Shown here: positions 30,100-39,372 of the stretch, one piece after another
Layout of the letters: each line of letters starts with the position of its first letter
Numbering within the stretch: the stretch's first letter is position 1
Origin: an uncultured bacterium
GTDB taxonomy: Bacteria > Acidobacteriota > HRBIN11 > JAKEFK01
NCBI GenBank assembly: GCA_963777505.1
Contig: CAVZQN010000004.1
Span: forward strand, 1,600,001-1,664,000
DNA: 64,000 nt
Direction: 5' to 3'
Made by a program: the position numbers and the translations under genes
Notes under the pieces: model-generated
The model's input: the letters and a program-made list of their open reading frames with translations, nothing else
Told to the model about the DNA's origin: nothing
Database searches by the model: none

Positions 30100-30181
30100 A
30101 GTATGATTATTGTATGAATTTTTGGAAGAGTGTTGCAAATGAACATTCAAAAAACAAAAAATGTGCCCAACAAGAGGGAGA

Positions 30182-30766
30182 ATGATGAGACGAGATGAAT
30201 ATGAGGAGCTGCCTTATTTTGATTCAGATGGCAACGTCTTCGTTGAAGAATTGCGCCGTCATGACGCTTACATAAAGCGTGGTGGTAAGCTAACGGCTCC
30301 ACAAATGATTAAGTATGAGAATCGTGTCATGATGCTCGTTGAGCGTTTGATGCTAATTCATGAAGCTGTAAAACCAAATAACCAGGATTGTGAAGACTTT
30401 CTTCGATCGATAGAGAATTATCATCGCCGTGGTTTATTGCCCGTGCAAGTTTATCAGCGGTTTAAGGAGAAAAATGAAGCTCAACCTGGCCATAAATCAG
30501 AAAGGGATCGTGATCGTCTTCGAGTGATTACAGGTGGAGCGGAAGCTGATGAACGAAGTCTCTCCGATCTACCTGTGGAAACCTTGCTTGAGATGAATCA
30601 GCAGGGCGCGATTACGAATCCAGTTTTATTTCATGAATTGAACAAGCGCGAGAAGACTGGAACAAAGCTTCCCAAAATGGGAGGTGTTCTTTGGGGGAAA
30701 TATCGTACGTGGGTGGCCGAAAGAAATCGTGCTCGACGTCACGCACCACGAAACCATGAACGATAA
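30182..30766 (+). CDS. Hypothetical protein
   Basis: GAGGGAG SD before ATG 30182/30185; overlaps the start of greA; no family recognised. Confidence 0.65.
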   Translation: MMRRDEYEELPYFDSDGNVFVEELRRHDAYIKRGGKLTAPQMIKYENRVMMLVERLMLIHEAVKPNNQDCEDFLRSIENYHRRGLLPVQVYQRFKEKNEAQPGHKSERDRDRLRVITGGAEADERSLSDLPVETLLEMNQQGAITNPVLFHELNKREKTGTKLPKMGGVLWGKYRTWVAERNRARRHAPRNHER

Positions 30767-32849
30767 TCACCTTCAAGACCTCCTTCAAAACAATCGTTTT
30801 GATGAACTAGAAGAATACTGGCTGGAACTTATGGAGTCCGGCCAATTTGATCTGCAAGATTTGCTTTCGTGCGCAAAGATTCTAGGACGAAATCGAGAAA
30901 AGAAGCGCGCTGGTTTATTGATGACGTTGCTGGATGAGCATCTTCGCGAACATGGCCGCTGGGCCGATCGCCTACGCGTTCTAAAGGAAATTACTCGTCA
31001 TACACTTGAGCTAAAAGAACTCGATAACATGAAGGATGCGCTTCGAGAAACTCTTGCGAAAGTTTATCCCGATAGCCCTTCATTCAACGCCGTTTTGAGA
31101 TCTTTCGCATTCGATGAAATTCTGAATGCTGAAGAGCTTGCAAAGAGTGTCGAAAAATCCGAGGAAGCATTCCCTTATGATGTCGGTCGGGTTTTTTACC
31201 AGCCGGGCTATGGAGTGGGGCGAGTTTCAGAAGTGAATCTCAAGCTCAGAGTTGCTCGAATTAATTTCGAAAAGAAGGAAGATGTTACCGTTCAATTTGG
31301 CGATCCAGAAGTTCAGCTCTTGCCGGAAGGTCATCTACTTCGCGACAAAGTAATGAATCTTGAGCAGGTTCGACAGGATGCGGAAGCAAATCCTGCAGAA
31401 ATGCTAGGGAGATTGTTGCAGACGTTTGATCGTGCGATGACAGCTGGGGAAATCAAGGATTGTTTCCATGGAATTGTCGATACCAATCAATGGTCGAGAT
31501 GGTGGACAGCCGCAAAAAAGAATCCGCAGGTGGTAACAACGGGAAAGGGCGCTCAAGCCGTTTATGCCTGGAGTGGGTCGGCTTCAGAAGCTGAAGAAAG
31601 TGTTCGGAAGGAATTTGACTCTGCGAAAGTTAAAGATCGAATTAATCTTGCGCGTACGCATGCAGCACGAAGCCAGGAACTTTCTGACCATTTTGCAGCA
31701 ATCTTGCTTCAAGAATCTGTGCGGGCATATGAAGGGAAGAAATGGGATGAAGCAATTGAGCTTCTGGATTTATTTCAAAAGTGGCCCGGCAAATCGTCTC
31801 CAGCTGCTGGTTATACTTTCGAACAAATTATTAGAGAAGCTCGTCCGGCAGAACTGCTCACCAGTGTAGAGAATCAGCCGCAGAAAACAAAAATCCTGAT
31901 GGCTTATCGTGAATTGTTACCAGATAACTGGGTACAGATTTTTACTGATCACTTTTATCGGGAAGAGAATCCGCGCCTTCTTACTTTGATGTATCAGCAA
32001 TTACAAACCGATGCGCCGGAATCATCGGCCACTGCGATATTGAATCGCATAGTCGGTCATCCATCCTTGAATCCAGCTGCATTTGCCTGGTTCTGTGAAG
32101 GCGCAAGTGGAGAAAATGTTGATCCTGCTTTTGCGCAGCTTCTAGATGGAAAGTTCATGCTATCTGCGTTTGAATCAATTGATGGAACTGAGTTTTCAAA
32201 ACAGCGGAACCGGGTTAAGAAGGCTGTAGAAAGCGGATTGCTGATGAATTTGCTTGCCCGTTCCATCAATCCAGATCTTGCGCAAAAAGCGGTCGATATG
32301 TTGGATCACACGATTCACCTGGAAGATTATCGAAGAGATCGTTGGAAAAATGTGATTCGTGCACGGATTCCAGAAACGAAGAAAAAGGAAGATTGGATTT
32401 TCAGCACACGTGAAGCCTTTGAACGGAAACGCGTGGAGCTTGAACAGCTGATTAAAGTTGAGCTGCCTGTCAATCGAAAAGCAATTGGCGAAGCTGCGGC
32501 GCATGGTGATTTGAAAGAGAATCACGAATATAAGGCTGCAAGGGAACGTCAGGATTATTTGATTAACAGAGTCAGTCAACTTCAGGGTGAATTGAGTCAC
32601 GTTCGCGTTCTTGAGCCGGGACAGGTTGATTGCAGCGAAGTGCGGCCTGGTACGCGGGTCGAATTAGTTCAACCCGGTGAAAAACGGATGCTTGTGACAT
32701 TGCTCGGTCCCTGGGATTCCAATCCTCAGGAAGGTGTGTATTCCTATCAAGCAAGAATCGGCACGATACTTCTTGGCAAACTTCCAGGTGAAAAAGTGGA
32801 ATGGAATGACGAGCACTGGACCGTAGAAAAAATCGAACCCTGGAGCTGA
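30756..32849 (+). CDS. greA: Long-form transcription elongation factor GreA (large N-terminal extension)
   Basis: C-terminal GDLKENHEY and LLGPWDS...SY Gre domain; about 540-aa helical N-terminus. Confidence 0.85.
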   Translation: MNDNHLQDLLQNNRFDELEEYWLELMESGQFDLQDLLSCAKILGRNREKKRAGLLMTLLDEHLREHGRWADRLRVLKEITRHTLELKELDNMKDALRETLAKVYPDSPSFNAVLRSFAFDEILNAEELAKSVEKSEEAFPYDVGRVFYQPGYGVGRVSEVNLKLRVARINFEKKEDVTVQFGDPEVQLLPEGHLLRDKVMNLEQVRQDAEANPAEMLGRLLQTFDRAMTAGEIKDCFHGIVDTNQWSRWWTAAKKNPQVVTTGKGAQAVYAWSGSASEAEESVRKEFDSAKVKDRINLARTHAARSQELSDHFAAILLQESVRAYEGKKWDEAIELLDLFQKWPGKSSPAAGYTFEQIIREARPAELLTSVENQPQKTKILMAYRELLPDNWVQIFTDHFYREENPRLLTLMYQQLQTDAPESSATAILNRIVGHPSLNPAAFAWFCEGASGENVDPAFAQLLDGKFMLSAFESIDGTEFSKQRNRVKKAVESGLLMNLLARSINPDLAQKAVDMLDHTIHLEDYRRDRWKNVIRARIPETKKKEDWIFSTREAFERKRVELEQLIKVELPVNRKAIGEAAAHGDLKENHEYKAARERQDYLINRVSQLQGELSHVRVLEPGQVDCSEVRPGTRVELVQPGEKRMLVTLLGPWDSNPQEGVYSYQARIGTILLGKLPGEKVEWNDEHWTVEKIEPWS

Positions 32850-32858
32850 GCTTATTAA

Positions 32859-32908
32859 GGGATCGCAGACGTCCCGTCTGCATCGGGATCGCGGACATCT
32901 TGTCCGCA
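32859..32908. repeat. Two tandem REP-like hairpins (GGGATCGCAGACGTCCCGTCTGCA; GGGATCGCGGACATCTTGTCCGCA)
   Basis: Shares GCGGACATCTTGTCCGCA with the 11519 and 18253 copies; lies between convergent genes. Confidence 0.75.
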
Positions 32909-32915
32909 TACCATT

Positions 32916-33521
32916 TCACTGCGGCGTTACAGGAATCTGCCTATCTTCCGGAACTGTCCACAAGTAAAGCGTTCTATTGTGAACATAGATAGTCTTCTCT
33001 GGCTTCCAATCACCCATATCGAATGTATTTGAAACGATTCGTGTGCCTGGTTTGAGTTCAGCGAGAAGTTTAGGTCGCAATTTCAGATTTACCCTTTGCA
33101 AAAGATAGAGTGTAACTACTGTCGCATCTTTAATATCTGCATCAAATAAATCGCGTTCGAGAAACTTTACGCGATCACTGACTCCGGCCTTCGTTGCATT
33201 GCCCCATGCTTCTTTGATTCTTACGGGATCGATATCAATACCGACTCCATGCGCTCCAAACTTTTCTGCAGCCATAACAACAATTCGACCATCGCCGCAT
33301 CCTAAGTCGTAGACAATGTCACTGCTTTGTACGTTTGCCATTTTTAACATTTCCTCAACGACCTCATTAGGAGTTGAGACATACGGCACATCTTTTTCCT
33401 TTTTGGGCTGCGGTTGAGATTGTGGTTGTAAAACATCCAACACCTGGGCTTCCTGGAATTGAGCTCCTGCAAACGCGAATAGCACAACCGCCATTGCGCC
33501 GAGAATTGTTTTGCGTACCAT
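32916..33521 (-). CDS. Class I SAM-dependent methyltransferase with N-terminal signal-like segment
   Basis: DVPYV.TP, YDLGCGDGR, VVTLYL, PGTRIVS. Confidence 0.9.
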   Translation of the reverse strand: MVRKTILGAMAVVLFAFAGAQFQEAQVLDVLQPQSQPQPKKEKDVPYVSTPNEVVEEMLKMANVQSSDIVYDLGCGDGRIVVMAAEKFGAHGVGIDIDPVRIKEAWGNATKAGVSDRVKFLERDLFDADIKDATVVTLYLLQRVNLKLRPKLLAELKPGTRIVSNTFDMGDWKPEKTIYVHNRTLYLWTVPEDRQIPVTPQ

Positions 33522-33633
33522 ACGGTTCTCCTTTTAGATCTACCTGGGGTTCAATACGAATAAAGATTTGTCCTGGCTTCTGAAGCTATAATAAAATATT
33601 AGTACAACATCCAATAGATACAAGGATAAACCT

Positions 33634-35799
33634 ATGCATATTCGCTCAATTTTTATTGTCTTCAGCGTATTCCTCGCTGGTTTTGCTTTCGCCGAAAACT
33701 TAAATGAACAGCTTCTCGAAGCTGCACGGAAAGGTGATGCAACGCTCGTCAAGTCGTTGCTTGACCGTGGTGCCGATGTCAATGCAAAAGCCCGGTATAA
33801 CGTCACACCCCTTGCTTTTGCCTGCGATAAAGGGCATCTCGAAGTCGTTAAATTGTTGCTTGAACGCGGCGCAGATGTGAATGCAGAAGATACTTTTTAC
33901 AAATCAACTCCTTTAACGTGGGCGGCGGAAAATGGACACATTGAAATCGCAAAACTTCTAATCCAAAAAGGGGCGAAAACTGAAGGAGCCCTAACATTCA
34001 TGATTTATACCGGAAAAGAAGATATGGTCCGGATGCTTCTCGAAAACGCAAAGTTTACGCCTGAAAATATGACGGAGGCTCTTGAAGTCGCAATCTCGCA
34101 AGAGCAAAAAGGTATTGTAAAAATTCTTGAAGACGCAGGAGCAGTACGAAAAAAGGCGGACCTTCAGGTACCACCAGAAGTTCTAAAAATGTACGCAGGC
34201 AAGTTCAAAAATAATGAAGGAAATGAGGTGACGTTTGTTCCTGATGAAAATTCAATAAAGGGGAGTGGAGCAGGTGAGCCTTTTGTGCTTATTCCCAAAG
34301 ACGATAAGTCATTTGAAATGGGTGGTGCTCCTGACTACAAATTTGTTTTTGAAGTCGCAGATGGCAAGTCAAACCGGTTAACTGTTACACGTCCGGATGG
34401 CTCTACTTCCATTTATGACAGAGTTGATGAAAAGAGTGCAGCTGCAGAAGAACCAAAAAGCACTCAGACTGCCAACACCGCCGCGCTTACAGAAAAGCGT
34501 GAGGTTACAAAGCCATTAAACTGGCCTTCATTTCGTGGAACTGAAGCTTCAGGTGTCGCAGATGGACAATATCCTCCTGCTGTATGGGATGTTGAGAAAG
34601 GAAATAACATTGCATGGAAAACAGCAGTTCCTGGTTTAGCGAATTCATCTCCTATTGTTTGGGGCGACCGTGTATTCATAACGACTGCTATCACCAGCGA
34701 TCCAGAATCAAAATTGCGGCATGGTCTTTATGGCGATGTTAAACCCTCTGAAGATTTAACAAAACATACATGGCGTATCTATAGCATTGATAAAAAATCA
34801 GGAAAAATTTTATGGGACAAGATTGCTTTTGAAGGCTCTCCAAACGTAAAACGCCATCCAAAATCTACCCAATCGAATTCAACACCTGTAACCGACGGTA
34901 CGCATGTAGTTGCTTTGTTTGGTTATGGAGGACTGCAGTGTTATGACTTCAAAGGAAATCTATTGTGGAAGAACGATCTTGGAGTTCTAGATTCCGGCTG
35001 GTTTTATGATCCTGATTATCAATGGGGCCATGGAAGTTCTCCAGTATTGTTCGGAGATCTGGTTATTGTGCAGGCCGATTTGCAGAAAAATTCCTATATT
35101 GCCGCATTCAATCTTAAAGATGGAAAGTTAGTATGGAAAACTCTTCGTGATGAAATTCCATCATGGGGGAGTCCCACTGTAGTGAAAACAAAGAACGGAA
35201 GTCAGATCGTTACCAATGGTACGAATTATGTTCGAGGTTACGACGCGAAATCCGGAAAAGAAGTGTGGAAGCTTAAAAATAATTCAGAAATTACAGTTCC
35301 AACTCCTTTTGTTGCTCATGATCTAATTTTTGTTACAAGCGGTTATCCTCCCATGCAACCAATCTTTGCAATTCGCACGAGTGCAACTGGAGATATTTCA
35401 TTGAAAGAAGGTTCCGAATCGAATGAATATGTCGCGTGGAGTAAATCACGTGGCGGACCATACATGCCAACTCCCATTGTGTATGGTGATTATTTGTATA
35501 CTTGTGCAAATAATGGTGTTGTGGCTTGCTACAACGCGAAAACAGGCGAACGCATTTATCAAAAACGCCTTGGTGGAAAGGGCAGCGGATATGCATTTAC
35601 TGCTTCACCTGTTGCAGCAGATGGAAAGCTATATTTTACGAGTGAAGATGGGGAAATTTATGTTGTTAAAGCAGGGCCTGAATATGAAGTGCTCGCGATC
35701 AACAAAATGAATGAAGTCGCAATGGCAACACCTGCTATCTCCGACGGCATGATCGTCATCCGAACGCTCGAGCATGTGTACGGAATTCAAGCCAAATGA
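33634..35799 (+). CDS. Secreted ankyrin-repeat plus PQQ-like beta-propeller (BamB-like) protein
   Basis: Signal peptide; ankyrin repeats (LLDRGADVNA, TPL); WPSFRG and W/SSP propeller repeats. Confidence 0.88.
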   Translation: MHIRSIFIVFSVFLAGFAFAENLNEQLLEAARKGDATLVKSLLDRGADVNAKARYNVTPLAFACDKGHLEVVKLLLERGADVNAEDTFYKSTPLTWAAENGHIEIAKLLIQKGAKTEGALTFMIYTGKEDMVRMLLENAKFTPENMTEALEVAISQEQKGIVKILEDAGAVRKKADLQVPPEVLKMYAGKFKNNEGNEVTFVPDENSIKGSGAGEPFVLIPKDDKSFEMGGAPDYKFVFEVADGKSNRLTVTRPDGSTSIYDRVDEKSAAAEEPKSTQTANTAALTEKREVTKPLNWPSFRGTEASGVADGQYPPAVWDVEKGNNIAWKTAVPGLANSSPIVWGDRVFITTAITSDPESKLRHGLYGDVKPSEDLTKHTWRIYSIDKKSGKILWDKIAFEGSPNVKRHPKSTQSNSTPVTDGTHVVALFGYGGLQCYDFKGNLLWKNDLGVLDSGWFYDPDYQWGHGSSPVLFGDLVIVQADLQKNSYIAAFNLKDGKLVWKTLRDEIPSWGSPTVVKTKNGSQIVTNGTNYVRGYDAKSGKEVWKLKNNSEITVPTPFVAHDLIFVTSGYPPMQPIFAIRTSATGDISLKEGSESNEYVAWSKSRGGPYMPTPIVYGDYLYTCANNGVVACYNAKTGERIYQKRLGGKGSGYAFTASPVAADGKLYFTSEDGEIYVVKAGPEYEVLAINKMNEVAMATPAISDGMIVIRTLEHVYGIQAK

Positions 35800-35843
35800 G
35801 GATGGGTTAAATCTTCGCCACAATCGGTGCGTTCAAGAAAGGT

Positions 35844-36695
35844 ATGATGAGAAACCGTCTCTTTCATGATGCGCGCGACTTTCAAATTCTTTTTTTATTT
35901 ACCTTCCTGACACTAGGAATATTTGAGCGGGATTGGACTCTTCGACCCATACTGATGGCGACGATTATAGTGTCCTCAGTCACCGTTCAATGGATTTGCG
36001 ATCGTTTTTTCTCTTCTCCCAAGCCCTCGATTCGCAGCGCCTTGATCACGGCGATTAGCTTGTGCGCACTTCTTCGAGCCGGCTCAATTCTAACAATGAT
36101 CATTGCCGGAGCAGCGTCCATCTTGAGTAAATTTCTTTTTCGTTACCGCGGAAAACATTTCTTTAACCCATCTAATTTTGGAATCATTCTTGTTTTGTTG
36201 CTCACGTCTGATGCCTGGGTATCGCCAGGGCAATGGGGGAACGAGGTTTGGCTTGTGCTTTTGTTTTTCGCAACCGGTGGCATGGTGGTTAGCAAAGTCG
36301 GACGTTGGGACACGACAGGTGCATTTTTAGGCGGTTATATATTGCTTGAGTTTGCCCGCAATCAATGGCTCGGATGGACACCCGATGTTTTTGTTCACAA
36401 AATGATGAGCGGCTCGCTGCTTCTGTTTTCATTTTTCATGATCACAGATCCGCGTGCGATTCCTGATCGAAGAATTGCAAGAATACTCTGGTCTCTTTGT
36501 GTTGCAGTCCTTACGTATGTTCTCCGGAATCATTATTTCCTTCCGACAGCTCCGTTTTGGGCATTATTTGTGCTGTCACCATTTACGATCGTTTTCGATC
36601 GGATATTTCCAGCCAAGCGATTTGAATGGAGTGCCAAAGAAAGCTCTGTTGTAAATCCATTAATCGCAAAGACACAAAGGGAGGTCTTGGTATGA
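35844..36695 (+). CDS. Short RnfD/NqrB-like (UnbU-like) integral membrane protein
   Basis: KHFFNPSNFG and FFMITDP motifs; about 9-10 TMs; no FMN-accepting (S/T)GAT motif seen. Confidence 0.75.
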   Translation: MMRNRLFHDARDFQILFLFTFLTLGIFERDWTLRPILMATIIVSSVTVQWICDRFFSSPKPSIRSALITAISLCALLRAGSILTMIIAGAASILSKFLFRYRGKHFFNPSNFGIILVLLLTSDAWVSPGQWGNEVWLVLLFFATGGMVVSKVGRWDTTGAFLGGYILLEFARNQWLGWTPDVFVHKMMSGSLLLFSFFMITDPRAIPDRRIARILWSLCVAVLTYVLRNHYFLPTAPFWALFVLSPFTIVFDRIFPAKRFEWSAKESSVVNPLIAKTQREVLV

Positions 36696-38003
36696 TGCGG
36701 ATTTTATTAGCTTTTGTATTTTCATTGCCTTTCATTTCATCTGCCTATGGATTTTGCGGATTTTTTGTGGCCAAGGCAGACACGAAATTATTCAACAAGG
36801 CTTCAAAGGTTGTGCTTGTTCGGGATGAAAATCGCACAGTCATTACAATGGCGAACGACTTTCAAGGAGAAGTAAAAGATTTTGCAATTGTAGTTCCGGT
36901 TCCAGTCGTTTTGAAAAAGGAACAAGTTCATATCGGTGATCCAAAAATCATTGAAAGGCTTGATGCATTCAGCGCACCGCGATTGGTCGAATACTTCGAT
37001 CGTGATCCATGCCAGCCTGTTTATCCTGAAAGTGTCGGTGCGGCAATGCCGCGGAAATCGGCAGTAGCTGACCGCAAGAAGAGATTCAACAGGCGTAACG
37101 ATTGAGGAGCAGTTTACTGTTGGCGAATACGACATCATGATTTTGAGTGCGACTGAATCTTCAGGACTTCAGACATGGCTGGAACAAAATGGATATAAAA
37201 TTCCGAAAACCGCAACTGAATTGCTTCAGCCTTATATCCGCAGTAACACAAAGTTTTTTGTAGCGAAAGTGAATCTTGCCGAATATGACAAACGAGGTCT
37301 AACGTATCTTCGTCCAATTCAAATGGCTTTTGAATCACCTAAATTTATGCTGCCGATCCGTTTGGGAATGGCAAATGCAGATGGCGTACAGGACCTGATT
37401 GTATTTGCATTATCTCGAGTGGGAAGAATTGAGGTTACCAATTACCGAACTGTAAATATTCCATCAGAATTCAATATTCCGATTTACGTTAAGAATGAAT
37501 TCGCCGATTTCTATAAAGCGATGTTTCAAAGAGCCTACGAAAAGGAAGGGAAGAATGCTGTGTTTGTTGAGTATGCATGGGACATGGCCTGGTGTGATCC
37601 ATGTGCAGATGATCCATTGAATCCTGAAGAGCTTCGAAAAGCGGGTGTTTTCTGGTTAGATCAGCAAAATCAAAACAATGTTTTTATTACTCGAATTCAT
37701 GCGCGTTATACACGTCCGCTATTTCCTGAGGATTTCGTATTTCAGGCAACTCCTAATCGTCAGAATTATCAAGGACGTTATATTTTGCAGCATCCATTCA
37801 AAGGGAAAATTGCGTGTGACCAGGGCCGTCAGTATTTAAGAGAAGTGGCTAAACGGCAGGAGAAAGAAGCACAACAACTGGCAAGTTATACAGGGTGGGA
37901 CATTAATGAAATTCGTAAGAAAATGGGACTTCAACAAGCTGTGAATAAACCCGAAGATGAGTCATGGTGGGATAAAATCTTTTCGGATGAAAAGGATGAC
38001 TAA
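36692..38003 (+). CDS. DUF2330-family secreted protein, copy 1; one frame break near 37073
   Basis: Signal peptide plus FCGFFV; ORFs 36626-37105 and 37137-38003 align end to end with copy 2. Confidence 0.8.
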
Positions 38004-38029
38004 CCGCAAAGACACAGAGGGAGGTTGAT

Positions 38030-39343
38030 ATGAAGCGGATTGTTCTAGCTTTTTTATTTACAACGATCATAGTTAGCTCTGCTTACGGCTTTTGCGGTTT
38101 TTTCGTAGCAAAGGCTGATACAAAGCTATTCAACAAGGCTTCGAAAGTTGTTTTAGCCCGTGATGGTGATCGCACTGTCCTTACAATGGCAAACGATTTT
38201 CAAGGTGAAGTCAAAGACTTTGCGATTGTCGTTCCTGTTCCTGTTGTATTGAAGAAGGAACAAGTTCACATCGGCGACCCGAAAATGATTGAACGTCTTG
38301 ATGCATTCAGTGCGCCGCGGCTCGTAGAATATTTTGATTCGGATCCGTGTATGCCTATTCCTCCGCAACCAGTTCCCATGCCTTCGGCTATGGCAGACAA
38401 AAGCGGCGCGAGCAGAGCGCGTGAAGATGCTCTTGGAATCAAGATTGAGGCTCAATTTACCGTTGGTGAATATGACATCATTATTTTGAGCGCGAAAGAA
38501 TCATCGGGGCTTCAAATTTGGCTCAATGAAAATGGCTACAAAATGCCACCAGGTGCAGCAGAACTTCTGCAGCCTTACATCCGAAGCAATACAAAGTTCT
38601 TCGTTGCGAAAGTGAATCTTGCCGAATATGACAAACGAGGTCTTACCTTTTTGCGGCCATTACAGATGGCATTCGAATCGCCTAAGTTTATGCTGCCGAT
38701 CCGTCTTGGAATGGCTAATGCAGATAAAGAACAAGATCTTGTCGTGTTTGCTTTATCACCGCAAGGAAGAACAGAGGTAACAAATTACAGAACTGTGAAT
38801 ATCCCTTCCAACGTCGAAATCCCCGTTTATGTAAAGAACGAATTTTCAGAATTCTATCGTTCAATGTTTCAGCGTGCCTATGAGAAAGAAGGCAGGAATG
38901 CTGTATTTGTGGAATATGCATGGGACATGGCATGGTGCGATCCATGTGCCGCCGATCCTTTAACACCTGAAGAACTGCGAAAAGCCGGTGTGTTCTGGGA
39001 AAGCGAGCAAGGTTCAAGCAATGTTTTTATCACGCGTATTCATGCGCGATATACGCGAGATAAATTTCCTGAGGATCTCGTATTTCAGACAACTCCGAAT
39101 CGAGAAAACTACCAGGGACGTTACATCATGCGGCATCCATTTAAAGGAAAAGTCGCCTGCGATCAGGGACGCCGGTACATGCGTGAACTTTCCACAAGAC
39201 AGGAAAAAGAAGCGCAAACACTTGCTTCACTGACAGGATGGGACATCAATGAGGTTAGAAAAAAGATGGGACTCAACCAGGCGAAAGGCAAACCTGAAGA
39301 TGAATCCTGGTGGGACAAAATTTTTGACGATGATGAACAGTAG
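38030..39343 (+). CDS. DUF2330-family secreted protein, copy 2
   Basis: AYG/FCGFFV, SAPRLVEY, FMLPIRLG, EYAWD..WCDPC, TRIHARY. Confidence 0.85.
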   Translation: MKRIVLAFLFTTIIVSSAYGFCGFFVAKADTKLFNKASKVVLARDGDRTVLTMANDFQGEVKDFAIVVPVPVVLKKEQVHIGDPKMIERLDAFSAPRLVEYFDSDPCMPIPPQPVPMPSAMADKSGASRAREDALGIKIEAQFTVGEYDIIILSAKESSGLQIWLNENGYKMPPGAAELLQPYIRSNTKFFVAKVNLAEYDKRGLTFLRPLQMAFESPKFMLPIRLGMANADKEQDLVVFALSPQGRTEVTNYRTVNIPSNVEIPVYVKNEFSEFYRSMFQRAYEKEGRNAVFVEYAWDMAWCDPCAADPLTPEELRKAGVFWESEQGSSNVFITRIHARYTRDKFPEDLVFQTTPNRENYQGRYIMRHPFKGKVACDQGRRYMRELSTRQEKEAQTLASLTGWDINEVRKKMGLNQAKGKPEDESWWDKIFDDDEQ

Positions 39344-39372
39344 ACTCTGCGACTCCGCGGTGAGAACAAAGA

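Noticed and set aside
35844-36695. Part of a canonical Rnf or Na+-NQR complex
   Set aside because: Too short, no FMN-attachment motif, and no other subunits in the neighbourhood
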